DNA of 64,000 nt from a virus. Position 1 is the stretch's first letter, and every line of letters begins with the position of its first letter. The notes beneath the pieces are model-generated. The model saw nothing but the letters and a program-made list of their open reading frames with translations, was not told where the DNA came from and ran no database searches. The DNA is taken from positions 1 through 64,000 of the IMG/VR virus record IMGVR_UViG_3300017605_000087. One strand, given 5' to 3'. A program made the position numbers and the translations under genes. This document shows, in pieces, positions 22,201-30,146 of the stretch.

Positions 22201-25200
22201 TTATTAAATTTCTGAGATTGTTGTGCCGCCCTATAAATAAACTCATCAATTTTTGATTTTACTTTATCTATATTAGCTTGATATTTGAACGTATCAACAA
22301 ATTTTCCTGTCCATATATCTTCTACATTATTTATCTCTTTAATATTATTAAACTTAAATACATTACCAATATCTTTCTGTTCTAAATTTGATGGGTCAAA
22401 AACAAAGTAATCCCCCATGTTTTTAAATCCTAGTTTAATACTTTGTTTCTTAGAATCAGTTCCCTCTTTATAATGATAATTTTTTACAAGTTTTGTTACA
22501 TTTTCTTGTCTTAATTTGTAGTTACCAAACTCATCTGTTAGTATATTTATATGACCATTACTATCCTTTTCAGTCATAAACATAAACTCCATAGCATTTG
22601 TCATTCTTTGATAATCTTGCCATACAGTTCTATATACTGCTTTCCATATTTCAGATGTTCTAAAAGATGAAAAGTCTTTATCTATTAATGATTGGTATTC
22701 ATTCTTACTCATAGGAATTTTATTATGATTAATTCCTATTGTTCTTCCTCTATCAGCAGGAAGTACCATGAATGATGTTATACCTAATTTATTTCCATCT
22801 GTTTTATTGATACTATTAAAGTAATTAAGAATCTTTACAGATTGCCAATCATCCATTAACATATCAGTATATTCAGCACCTTTTCCTTCTGTTGTATTTC
22901 TAGTTCCACCATCTAAATGATAACTGAATACTTTATATGCTAAATCATTTAATTTAACTGGTATTTTAATTCCATCTTTAACAACATAATCAAGTAATCC
23001 AAATGTACTACTTGCGTTCATATCATTAAGATTATTTCCCCACATCCAGTTATAATATTGTGAGGTATTATCTTTAGTATATTCTACTAACTTTTCAAAA
23101 TATCTATCTTCATCACTTTTACTTTTGAACCATTCTGATATAGCATCAGGTTGAATGATAGATTGAACCATATTAGTTTTTACATTCATGTAAACACTAT
23201 CAGTTCTATGCTCATTAAATGGTGCAGTAATTACTGCTAATTGCATTACATTACCATATTGACTAAATGTTACATCTACATTAGGATTACTATTAGCTTT
23301 ATTAATATAATCTAATAAATAATCTATACTAGATACAAATTTATCTTTAGTTAATCTTTGAGTTATCCATCCTTTTTTATTAGTAATATTTAAAGGTACT
23401 TGATTGTAATATTTTCTAATATTACTTTCTTTTTCTAACTCAAATTTAATAGCTTTATCAAGATTATTAGTAGTAATACCTAAATCTTTATATAATTTAG
23501 TTAACTGTTTTGATATAATATCAGTATCTAAATTCCCTCCTTCATTAAGATATTTTACTAATGTATTCTTTTCCTTTTCAATTCCGCTTATAACATCTGA
23601 AGTATAATATCCATTAGCTATTCTATTTTTTATCTTAGCTACAATATCATCTGCTTCTAATGTTTCATATAATGATTTTTTATTTCCGTAGTCAGGTTTT
23701 ACTTCAAACTTATCTCTTAGTTTTTTATATAGTTGTACAACTACTGCTGGTCTTTGTTTATTAAATGAATGATACCAAGCATTAAGTAATTGTTCATTTT
23801 CTCTTACTCTATAAAATATATGATAATATGAAGGGTCTATATTTTCAGCCATAAATTTAATAGCATCTAACATCTCATACTTGTCATATTTTCCAAGCAT
23901 GTTATTAGCTATTGTATTATAGGCTACATTAAAACTAATTGTTTCTCCTAATCCAGATAATGTATTAGTAGTTGGTTTATATTTTAATAGTCCTTGTTCA
24001 TCTACATACGATTGGTTTGCATCAGCTTTAGGTGTTGTAAGTATTAGTAATTTTATTTCAGCTAATACATTATCTTTAGAAGACATTTCCAATACGGCGG
24101 TATCATTCCAATTCTTTTCTAAATATTGTTCAGTAAATTGTTCTATTAACTCAGGACTTATATTGTACTCATTAGTTATATACAACTTAGATTTCTCCCA
24201 TATCTCACTATCATACTTACGTAAATTTTCTACATATCTATTGTATAAATCCGCTTGTTTTTCTCCTAGATTAGATATAAAATCGTTGTCATTAATTTTA
24301 TTTCTAAGATGTTTTAATATAGCTATTCTTATTCCATCTATTCCCTTTCCTGAAACATTAGCATCTTCTAATGCTTTTACATCTCCTAATGTAGATAAGA
24401 ATAATCCTCCTGTAACATTTATTAAATGGTTCTCTTCTTCTCCCGTAAATCCTTCAGTTATAAAGAACTCAGAGGACTCTTGATCTTTCTTACTTTCTTT
24501 ATCTCCAGTATTTCCTACTTCTTCATATAATTCTCCTTCTTCAGTTATACTATCGAACTCATCTCCAAAAGCATCTCCAAGTTTTTTCTGAATATCAGTT
24601 TTATTACTGTGTGCTTTTAAATCAGTTATATTATTATTGAATTGTTCATTTAATATATCAGTTAATTCATCAAGTTTTGAACGTCCTGTTATTTGATTAA
24701 AAGTTTCTACAATTAATCTTTTCAATTTAGTCCATAAACTTTCAGGTTGATTATTTTCACCTTTAACTTTAATAGAATCTAAGAAAGCACCAAATACGGG
24801 TTGAGTTAATCCATAAGTTACTATCTCTTCTACTTTACCTGAATCAACTAATTCTATTACTCTATTAATAAAAATAATAGCATTTCTTAATTCATTTTGT
24901 TGATTATTATTAAGTGCATCAGGTGTTGCATTAAATATATATAATGATAATCCTATTCTTTGTTCTTGTGTAATTTTTCTTTTTCCTTTTTCTTCATCAA
25001 ACTTAATAGTTGCCCAAAAACCTTTTAACTTAGTTTCAAATTGTTTTCTTTGTTCATCATTTTTAAGTCCATTAGCTATTACTCCATGTACTAATTCATG
25101 GTTAAACGTACCTAACCTATTAGAACTTGACAAACCTCTTATTGCTTGTGTAAAATATACTTTATTTTCTTTACGTGTATAAGCTCCTTTTACATTATTT

Positions 25201-28200
25201 CCTATTTCATCTTTAAAAGTAGGTCTTAATTTTTGTTCAATTTCTATATTTGCTTTTATAGCTTCTTCATATAGAAAATTATATTTTTCAATTACTGGTA
25301 ATAATGTATCAGCACTATCTTTTGTGATTAAACTTTTAGCAAATTTAACCATCTCATTATCTGTTTCTTCTCCTGCTACTCTTTCTTGTGATAATTCATC
25401 AGATGGAGTTTCAAATTCAGGTTTAATATTAATAATTAAAGGGAATCCTACAAAATCTTTACTTCTATTGTTAGTTAAATCATTTGTAAAATTACTTATT
25501 TTATTTCCCTGTCCATCTAATACTTTTCCAATGTTTGTTATAAGTCCACCAGTTTGTATAATATAGTGTTTATAACTATCATATTCAATTCCACTTACAG
25601 TATCATAATAAGGGCCATCTAGTTTTAACCAGAAATAATCTACGTTTCTTTCCAACCCTGTAAATAATCTACTCAAAAGTTTTCTTACTTCATCTTCTCC
25701 TTCTTTATTAGAGTTTACAACTTTTCCATCGTAATCAACATTGATACCACCACCTTCTGTAAAGAATATCTTTACAAGTTTTCCATCATGTTTAAATTGT
25801 ACTCTATTATCTACTGTTTTTTCTTCCTCACCAAACTTAACTTTCTTTTTAGCTCCAACTAAAATTTTAAATCTACCATCATCTTGTGTATCTTCATCAG
25901 GATAAGTTTCACTTACAATAGTAATACTTTCTATCTCATGTTTTAATTGAGTTAACTCAGCATTGTCTAATCTTATTCCTGATTGTTGTAGAATAGGTCT
26001 TAGTTGGAATATATAATCAGCTAATTTATCAGACAATTTTTTCTGATATGCTTTAGCTTCTTTTAATGTATCTGATAATTCTCCTTGCTCTAAACTTGGA
26101 CTAATAGTTAATCCAATATTAGTTCTTATTAATGGAATACCAATTCTTTGTTCTCCAGATTTTAATACAACATATTCTCTACCAGCGGCAAATTCTTTTC
26201 CTTTTAGATTAGTTACCTCAAACTCAGGTATTCCAGTTTTAATTGGAGCTAATGTTGTTTTATCATTTTTTCTAGTTGTAAATATATCAAAGTCGTAATC
26301 ATCTTCATTATTACCTATGCTTTCATTTACAGCTTTATATATAAGTTTTCCTTTATCATCTCTTGATGTAACAACTGCTCCACTAGTTAAATGTGCAATT
26401 TTAGCTTTAACAACTATACTCTTATCGGTTCCAATTACATTTCTTATTCTCCTTAGAGTTGTTAAATCTCTGTTCATTTTGTCATTCCAATTACCTAAGT
26501 TCTCAACAAGTTCTTGTTCATTAGGTACACCAGATTTAAAGAAATTATTACCAAAGAATAGTATATTAACTAAGTGGTCTAATCTTGTTGAAAAATTCTT
26601 TTTGACATCAACTTTAGCTTCACCTTTATTTTTTAATACATCTATTAATTCATCATTTTCTTTTAATCTATTTAACGCATTTAATCTTTCAACTCCTGTT
26701 AATGTTCTATATTCTAATATATCATTATATAAAGGATTAACAAAATCGGATATTGAATTGAATCTTTTAATACGTTCTACTAGAGCTTCTTCACTTTCTA
26801 AATATTTAGAAGCGTTAGCATACGATATAGTATAGTTTATCCCAGGAACATTAATCATTAATGGAACATTGTTTGCATCATCAGCAAATTTGTTATATAA
26901 TGGATTAGATTGATCTATTGATATAGATACTTCTGTTCCTACTTTTAATTTATTAAGAATATAATCTATAACTCTAGCTCTTTCTTCATCATCAATAATT
27001 ATATTTCCATCTACTCTTTTCTTATTAATTGGGTCTTTAATAGATTTCTTTTTAGTAGGATCATTTTTATACACAAAAGGAGATGTAAATACATTTAATA
27101 ATCCTTTACCTCCTTGTTGTCTTATAGATTCACTAATAAAATCCGTATCAAATTGTATATTATCAGTTTCATTATTTAACTCATCAAATAAAGATGTTCC
27201 GCCCAGTTCTTTTTGCTTTGCTTCCAGATAATTCTGGAAGTTTAAAAATTCATCTTTATCTAATCCTAATTCTATTATATCATTTTTTATAGTAGCTAGT
27301 TCTGTTTCAATAAATTTTAATGTTCCTTCTACATTATTAGCTGCTATTAATTGGTCTATTTTATCTTTCTTTAAATTTTCACTCATGCCAAATTCTTTAA
27401 CATTGAATTTACCATCAGTATAATCTGTTTCGTCTGTCGTACTTTCATCAGCAACTTCTTTCTCTATCTCTCCAGTATCTTGAATTATTTTATTAATAGT
27501 TCCAGTTTTACCAGTAAATATTGCTGTTTCTCTTTCACTTAAAGGTTGTTTCTTAATTATTTTGTTAGCTATCGAATTTAAGATTGATTCATCAGCTATA
27601 TTATTATCAATATAATCTTTGAATTGTTCATCAGTGATAGGTTCAGTAGGTTTACTTCTTTCTATTTGTTCTTTCTGTACATTTAAACCTCTTTTCTTTT
27701 TCTGTATATCAATATCAGATTTAGATACTTTAAATCCTAAAGCATCTACTTCTTTTTGTAATTCGTCTAATTGAGTATTATAATCTCCTTCAACAGTAAT
27801 AGCAGCTAATTTATCTTTAAGAACTTGTAATTGTTCTTTGTTAGCTTCTATAAATGCTTGTTTTAATTCTGTTTCTACTTTCTTAACTTCTTTAGGAGAA
27901 GTATCAACAGCTACTTTTTCTACTAGATACTCACTTGCTCCATCATAATAGATTTTATCTAGTGTATGTCCTACTATATCAGGATTCAATCCTTTTAATA
28001 AAAGATCATTTATACTAGCTTTATCTAATATATCTGCTAGTTCATTAGCTCTCTTAGTATAAGATTCTATTACACCATTTAATATTTTCTTTGTAGTAGG
28101 ATTTTGATTAGATAATTCTTCTGTCATTAAATTAATAGATGTAGTAAGGGCATGTAGTTCTAGTATTCCATCTACATTTACTCCATCTTGTATTAATTTA

Positions 28201-30134
28201 TTATAATGAATATCTTCTGCTTTTAATTTAGCAAGTTTTCCAGCTATTACATTAGATTTACTTTTAATAGTTTTTGAAGCAACATCATCTTTAATAGCTG
28301 AATTTAATATAACTTGTTTAATAGCTTGATTAACAGGAGTTGTAAATAATCTATTAGCATATTTATTATAGGCTGATTCTACATCTTTCCCTATTTCAAA
28401 AGCACGTTTAGAAAATATTACTGCTTCCTCTGGACTTAATTTATACTCATTCTCTAATTGTTTAATAAATTCAGGATGTGCAAAGTATTGTTTTAATAAA
28501 TCTGAGTTACCATATTGAGCAGCATTAATCCACATATCAGTTAATGCTTTTTCTTTAATATCAGTGATTAATTCATTTTTAGTTTTTTCAATTGTTGCTT
28601 CATCTCCTGTAATTTCTTCTCCAGTATAAGGATTAACTCCATTTTTTATTTGATTTAATAAACCAAATGCGCCCTGTAATTTAACAGTACGGCTTTTAAT
28701 CTCTGTTATTCTTTCTCTATCAAAAGCATTTCTATCAACACCTTTGAATTTATCCATAGCCCATCCAGTAGCTCCAGCTACTTTAGTAAATACTGCTCCT
28801 CCTCCAACTCCCCAAAATGCTGCTTCCCAAGCGTGTGGGTCAGATATATATTTTTCTAATCTACTTCCAAATGATGGGTCGTATGCTTTTTTTAATAGAT
28901 ATTTACCATAATTATTTCCTTCTTTATTTCCAGCATAGTTTATAAATTCTTCTGCTCCTTCACTTAATTCAAATTTAAAACTACTTCTCATATCTTTGAA
29001 ATATAGTCCAAGTTTACTAGGTAAACTTTTTTCAACTACATCTCCAAGTATTTCTTTTTGAGCTAAATTTACTGTTGTTTTTTCTCCTAATCCACCAATT
29101 AGTTTATTTCTTCCTGCTTTAATTATACTTCCAGGTTTGAATCCAAATAATAAACGAGATTGTAAAACATCAAATACAATATTTACCGAATTAATATCAT
29201 AACTTCTCCAAGCAGCTTTACTTCCAATACTATCAGCAAGTTGTTGTTTACTCATCAATTTTTCGTCCTCATCTAATCCAGCATTGTTTTGTTTCCATGT
29301 TTCAAAATCACCATCACTCATTGGATTAAATAATTCCAATGCTTCATTTCTAGTTTCTAATAAAGTTTGATTAGCTTCTCTAAAGTTTTCAGCATGTCGC
29401 ATACCAACTGCTGTACTAAATATATTAGTCCAATATTTTCCTTTTTCTCCTAACATTGGAATTTTAGCTCCAAGTTTGGTTAGCATAGTTCCTTTACCAG
29501 CAACATTTGCTAACTTAGATATTTTATTTACATATCCTAAAAATTTTCCAGTATATCCTACTGCTTTAGCAGTTCCTAATCCAGGTATCAATAAAGATAA
29601 CGAACTTGCAACACTAACTCCATTATCAGCCCACCACGCATAATCTCTTACATCAAATGCTTTGTTAGGATTTTCTCTATATATAGGCATTTGTTCTTTA
29701 CTCCATTCAGTAATATTGTTTCCAATATCTGTTAAAGCATTACTAAATTCATGTGGGTTTCCAGTATTTCTTTCAATTATTGCTTCTGGTATATCTAAAA
29801 TAGCTCCGACTCCTGCAATAGTTTGTCCTACAATTTCTCCTAGAACAGCTTGTCCTAACATATTACCAGTTTGTGATAACCAAGATTGATTTTTAGCTTT
29901 TAAATAATCATCTAATGTTCCTAATCCAGCGGTATTTTTATCTAATGATAAATAAGGATGCTCTCCAAATATAGGAGCATTTGCTAGTTTAGAAAATTGT
30001 TGGTAATCGGAAGGCTGCAAATTTCCAGCTAATGTAGAAATCCCTGACGGTTTATCAGTTAAGTTTTTTGCAGCATCTAAATTGATACCATTAGAACCTT
30101 TATTTGGTTCATTGGAACTTGGTAATATAATCAT
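13206..30134 (-). CDS. Giant virion-packaged RNA polymerase polyprotein (5642 aa)
   Basis: GYRIPTEGKYS and GSDFDID (DFDID at 20631-20645, about aa 3164), DAQSYIT and SAEKVG, typical of crAss-like two-barrel vRNAPs; HELVH zincin motif at 25086-25100. Confidence 0.9.
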   Translation of the reverse strand: MIILPSSNEPNKGSNGINLDAAKNLTDKPSGISTLAGNLQPSDYQQFSKLANAPIFGEHPYLSLDKNTAGLGTLDDYLKAKNQSWLSQTGNMLGQAVLGEIVGQTIAGVGAILDIPEAIIERNTGNPHEFSNALTDIGNNITEWSKEQMPIYRENPNKAFDVRDYAWWADNGVSVASSLSLLIPGLGTAKAVGYTGKFLGYVNKISKLANVAGKGTMLTKLGAKIPMLGEKGKYWTNIFSTAVGMRHAENFREANQTLLETRNEALELFNPMSDGDFETWKQNNAGLDEDEKLMSKQQLADSIGSKAAWRSYDINSVNIVFDVLQSRLLFGFKPGSIIKAGRNKLIGGLGEKTTVNLAQKEILGDVVEKSLPSKLGLYFKDMRSSFKFELSEGAEEFINYAGNKEGNNYGKYLLKKAYDPSFGSRLEKYISDPHAWEAAFWGVGGGAVFTKVAGATGWAMDKFKGVDRNAFDRERITEIKSRTVKLQGAFGLLNQIKNGVNPYTGEEITGDEATIEKTKNELITDIKEKALTDMWINAAQYGNSDLLKQYFAHPEFIKQLENEYKLSPEEAVIFSKRAFEIGKDVESAYNKYANRLFTTPVNQAIKQVILNSAIKDDVASKTIKSKSNVIAGKLAKLKAEDIHYNKLIQDGVNVDGILELHALTTSINLMTEELSNQNPTTKKILNGVIESYTKRANELADILDKASINDLLLKGLNPDIVGHTLDKIYYDGASEYLVEKVAVDTSPKEVKKVETELKQAFIEANKEQLQVLKDKLAAITVEGDYNTQLDELQKEVDALGFKVSKSDIDIQKKKRGLNVQKEQIERSKPTEPITDEQFKDYIDNNIADESILNSIANKIIKKQPLSERETAIFTGKTGTINKIIQDTGEIEKEVADESTTDETDYTDGKFNVKEFGMSENLKKDKIDQLIAANNVEGTLKFIETELATIKNDIIELGLDKDEFLNFQNYLEAKQKELGGTSLFDELNNETDNIQFDTDFISESIRQQGGKGLLNVFTSPFVYKNDPTKKKSIKDPINKKRVDGNIIIDDEERARVIDYILNKLKVGTEVSISIDQSNPLYNKFADDANNVPLMINVPGINYTISYANASKYLESEEALVERIKRFNSISDFVNPLYNDILEYRTLTGVERLNALNRLKENDELIDVLKNKGEAKVDVKKNFSTRLDHLVNILFFGNNFFKSGVPNEQELVENLGNWNDKMNRDLTTLRRIRNVIGTDKSIVVKAKIAHLTSGAVVTSRDDKGKLIYKAVNESIGNNEDDYDFDIFTTRKNDKTTLAPIKTGIPEFEVTNLKGKEFAAGREYVVLKSGEQRIGIPLIRTNIGLTISPSLEQGELSDTLKEAKAYQKKLSDKLADYIFQLRPILQQSGIRLDNAELTQLKHEIESITIVSETYPDEDTQDDGRFKILVGAKKKVKFGEEEKTVDNRVQFKHDGKLVKIFFTEGGGINVDYDGKVVNSNKEGEDEVRKLLSRLFTGLERNVDYFWLKLDGPYYDTVSGIEYDSYKHYIIQTGGLITNIGKVLDGQGNKISNFTNDLTNNRSKDFVGFPLIINIKPEFETPSDELSQERVAGEETDNEMVKFAKSLITKDSADTLLPVIEKYNFLYEEAIKANIEIEQKLRPTFKDEIGNNVKGAYTRKENKVYFTQAIRGLSSSNRLGTFNHELVHGVIANGLKNDEQRKQFETKLKGFWATIKFDEEKGKRKITQEQRIGLSLYIFNATPDALNNNQQNELRNAIIFINRVIELVDSGKVEEIVTYGLTQPVFGAFLDSIKVKGENNQPESLWTKLKRLIVETFNQITGRSKLDELTDILNEQFNNNITDLKAHSNKTDIQKKLGDAFGDEFDSITEEGELYEEVGNTGDKESKKDQESSEFFITEGFTGEEENHLINVTGGLFLSTLGDVKALEDANVSGKGIDGIRIAILKHLRNKINDNDFISNLGEKQADLYNRYVENLRKYDSEIWEKSKLYITNEYNISPELIEQFTEQYLEKNWNDTAVLEMSSKDNVLAEIKLLILTTPKADANQSYVDEQGLLKYKPTTNTLSGLGETISFNVAYNTIANNMLGKYDKYEMLDAIKFMAENIDPSYYHIFYRVRENEQLLNAWYHSFNKQRPAVVVQLYKKLRDKFEVKPDYGNKKSLYETLEADDIVAKIKNRIANGYYTSDVISGIEKEKNTLVKYLNEGGNLDTDIISKQLTKLYKDLGITTNNLDKAIKFELEKESNIRKYYNQVPLNITNKKGWITQRLTKDKFVSSIDYLLDYINKANSNPNVDVTFSQYGNVMQLAVITAPFNEHRTDSVYMNVKTNMVQSIIQPDAISEWFKSKSDEDRYFEKLVEYTKDNTSQYYNWMWGNNLNDMNASSTFGLLDYVVKDGIKIPVKLNDLAYKVFSYHLDGGTRNTTEGKGAEYTDMLMDDWQSVKILNYFNSINKTDGNKLGITSFMVLPADRGRTIGINHNKIPMSKNEYQSLIDKDFSSFRTSEIWKAVYRTVWQDYQRMTNAMEFMFMTEKDSNGHINILTDEFGNYKLRQENVTKLVKNYHYKEGTDSKKQSIKLGFKNMGDYFVFDPSNLEQKDIGNVFKFNNIKEINNVEDIWTGKFVDTFKYQANIDKVKSKIDEFIYRAAQQSQKFNKKHLDGIQDIYTNVGQINHALAEYGINHYIAKVEMSNLFGLIKAFYKDDKDLLKRATQLLASGNSNADNGSFTGVTIADAYWQSENIKVLKQAIANGSILEKYNNINLGDAQSYITLAEYKKRLQINGKYNQFKGIIESLEKGKDVSPEDMTKVLSPLKEFYYSYKFDDTLQMLVPVQVKNSAQVLIPRLVKGTSLEALVNFMKENNIGQVNFASAEKVGARNVVNISSEGSMVKLDASKKRELMRSVNVYHYSDLRTQQEIPYHVEDTENKLGVQIARKILDNIQLDGKYGELTGEQVANEYFKLVSANIVSASKEVMDELDVTFEDGNTKVNINRVIALLEREALKRGLDANSIMALKQDITGDPTMPLYYGALQSKWMSILTSLFTNNVINQKFPGIHAAQMSNVFMEQYGTKGKSIEQKDSKVVFRKLKSQVLRGGSVIEAEVLLPAWSKDFYKEDGTLIDIKELEAAGLNKMVGYRIPTEGKYSTIVFKVVGFLPKELGATIVMPDDFVTQSGSDFDIDSIYTMLYQHEIIDGKFTKVEYFDEKSDEAARVEKYMRANRNKIYNSDTFKDFFDNNIKDKKLYEANKTINLTQIAELKSKYVYNEDGTVNGKLLSKINKARYKEGDEALPTFINEQDLDIVGALKSLLNDYNKYIKEEQPKEVAALPIEYQNTREARNNKILDIFFSILQSPLHYDEVVNPNSFDDITASSKYVQELLDFKEGDLNLFTDIGDAYFRNRVMEGRTLKGHSVNRDGFLSIAQFTKMELRKDLGIKITYSVDQSQYDALVSKYGAENVTPLKQEGKVTKAIVNHTLIGWTKEKDNYNNIEEIFDKTKRKPITVYAAQTTANILDNVKDPLPENVNPYTFGIWRTFVDLGATYKYATTFIRQPILKDLSDLYLNLVGIIGEGKGREIEEIKRDYQTSLYKLLKQEQKIPEKKNKKKHVYPEKKMQPVDDGLGGEEMQEVETGEWIYGVKSFDQSIESGDSIYIKREDTEKYLGYNPNEIRSFNQDELDSLLQHSKILDRKTGQSDNKTKDIAYYKSQLQLLEAFRLYKKSAEGIEDMNKATSSDKLGAGPDLIVTHNLINVIQKVNDYKDNEDEFAPLEEGSRIRIDNESAIKQIYPIMFGEAIDSKYPPVQEYFYRGNWQSLNLLEGLFISETNQYRDVVQQLLTETGRDINSEKLLKKINNYVNGYLLSDHHFFNIGQDEWNRILGIAAGNNVNIDITKEENLATFNRLPVYYKVELVRDQLLDIIKPGDVTNVLNYIQQSSTNEDYLKLNWINNDKDNYMIESFNNLYYSSNPFVKDLAKDLILYAYWESGLNFTYNSWSKIIPVNILKELGIGDHLKSKFDTLNNNEAGLDETFKEMFKRANSDDSVIVPMAYTKTYKKGKDIGKTRKGFPNWKPMPNGKITITAAQLEKESKDLQRSNIIKISNNDKLTYLKVDLKDQFNEIVQGSRNSVTQKTKKTLNIGDEINVWNGIEGKGAKYIGVKVTSIDKLGPESGKVGFNKIKFDVITKVGNKAPIKNSEYTIYKRTISEDIQYDEEGNRQVKQVYVYESISKLFPYQYTRETPDKDVVTKEFYDSLTPENREEKQRSDFYKDVQNFIKEYKVDIMKDMSAYKNSGTRSQFYDNIVQTQEKLNVNTQDIEDWKDVQLREALVTIIDHNISNLFTISESEANLSIIDKLKKFEDEDFTKGDVATKTKALTNFLWNAKLFTEGMLKIKDLTLIEERETDLLDYEGVKINDLVKTLKEQYARIESVDKRIDKLFNEHLERRIASITSNPEIQENIRQAFKPSRDLNKFQLQLDALMDADNPIVANFAKFYSREMNKADMEIYRLTEQFQRANDKFLAAGGRYEDILELNKLGENTGKWVQRYRAEFYDELREQLNNISKAREDFGEDSIEYEAARYSWEQWKLDNIEQEFVDDYYKVQLLLSPAARKVRKELAKQREEIYLKYKVATGHFDFRNISIDDRKALRAIKKKQLDYQDEKQHPEIAKSWNEYNEKLREFKRKSITFKQQFFDDYKEARASGTRMFRDFLIRNTQPTTEFWEQYGKIADELFGDKEAEDHVREYVDELLEPYKDDNGIVIGYEVPNDVRQKIANLLEDSPRELNQNLTDDRKKQLFAELDRLVDYVPSDYYYQERQNAIDNLKEGETLQSTKWYKDNHRENWKGEMKPLRMWTKMLPKKRSFKLKNGNLHWEHVEPRDTFVEKVLGDEFKNPKHEVDRKGHSIPRDKWKDSRYDKIQNTPHLKEYYDYLTDINTGLMNQLMSHFTGTIIEDGYIPAVSLDNRGIFKKIAEKMGMYDIDRNDEMALFYKNNQQIRFVPINFISLLKERKLYEIPPRESGEMVKDYQARVVNEVNKKYDTNFRDYNKLLKTNKLIEEHNKALKSKEKHGLNISYNMQEVIPAFINTATKHKYKKSIEAEVLLMRDYVEHMQVQKVTGRGKSVYDPYKVLKKLGNAVGIEINKQEAQLVKGSNYNVRFDKWLEMVFYEEFELDEGQITKASRVLQNYTSLKGIGLNPFSALNNVVYGRIQTAIEAAAGQHFNMKNYLVGKKHWNKGVVSYVADTYSNTNKATSLENAIIKYFGILDEHNDTAIEGSTTKNVLHKFYMKTNAFYLMQHMGEHYMQNVTLFAMMDSHRIVNGKVMSLSDYKASVIKEIDVTLPIGELKEKAMAKKAEEKKLEEQFNGFPKLIDAYTLNDGFIAVKDGFTISEDSLADFKTKVKGVNHKIHGIYNREDKGILNNIALGRLILQFRHWARPGWNKRWGTRFGKSFWNERRNEMDKGSYVSAIQFFTIPFKNKGKKNWSEDQEWNVFRAALAVMRDYGQFIKNAQVYWLTLSPTDQANVKRAVLEMTYLFGAIIMLQMLRKLGDDDDELKESKMFNALLYQMDRTVTELNTYSPHGWFNETAKLTKSPTATWKTLTDAYKLGWYALQFPFQEDDERRYQNGIYNDKYKVAVIGSRMLPGLSVYQRLLYLEKSNNYYKLF

Positions 30135-30146
30135 AAATACTATTAA

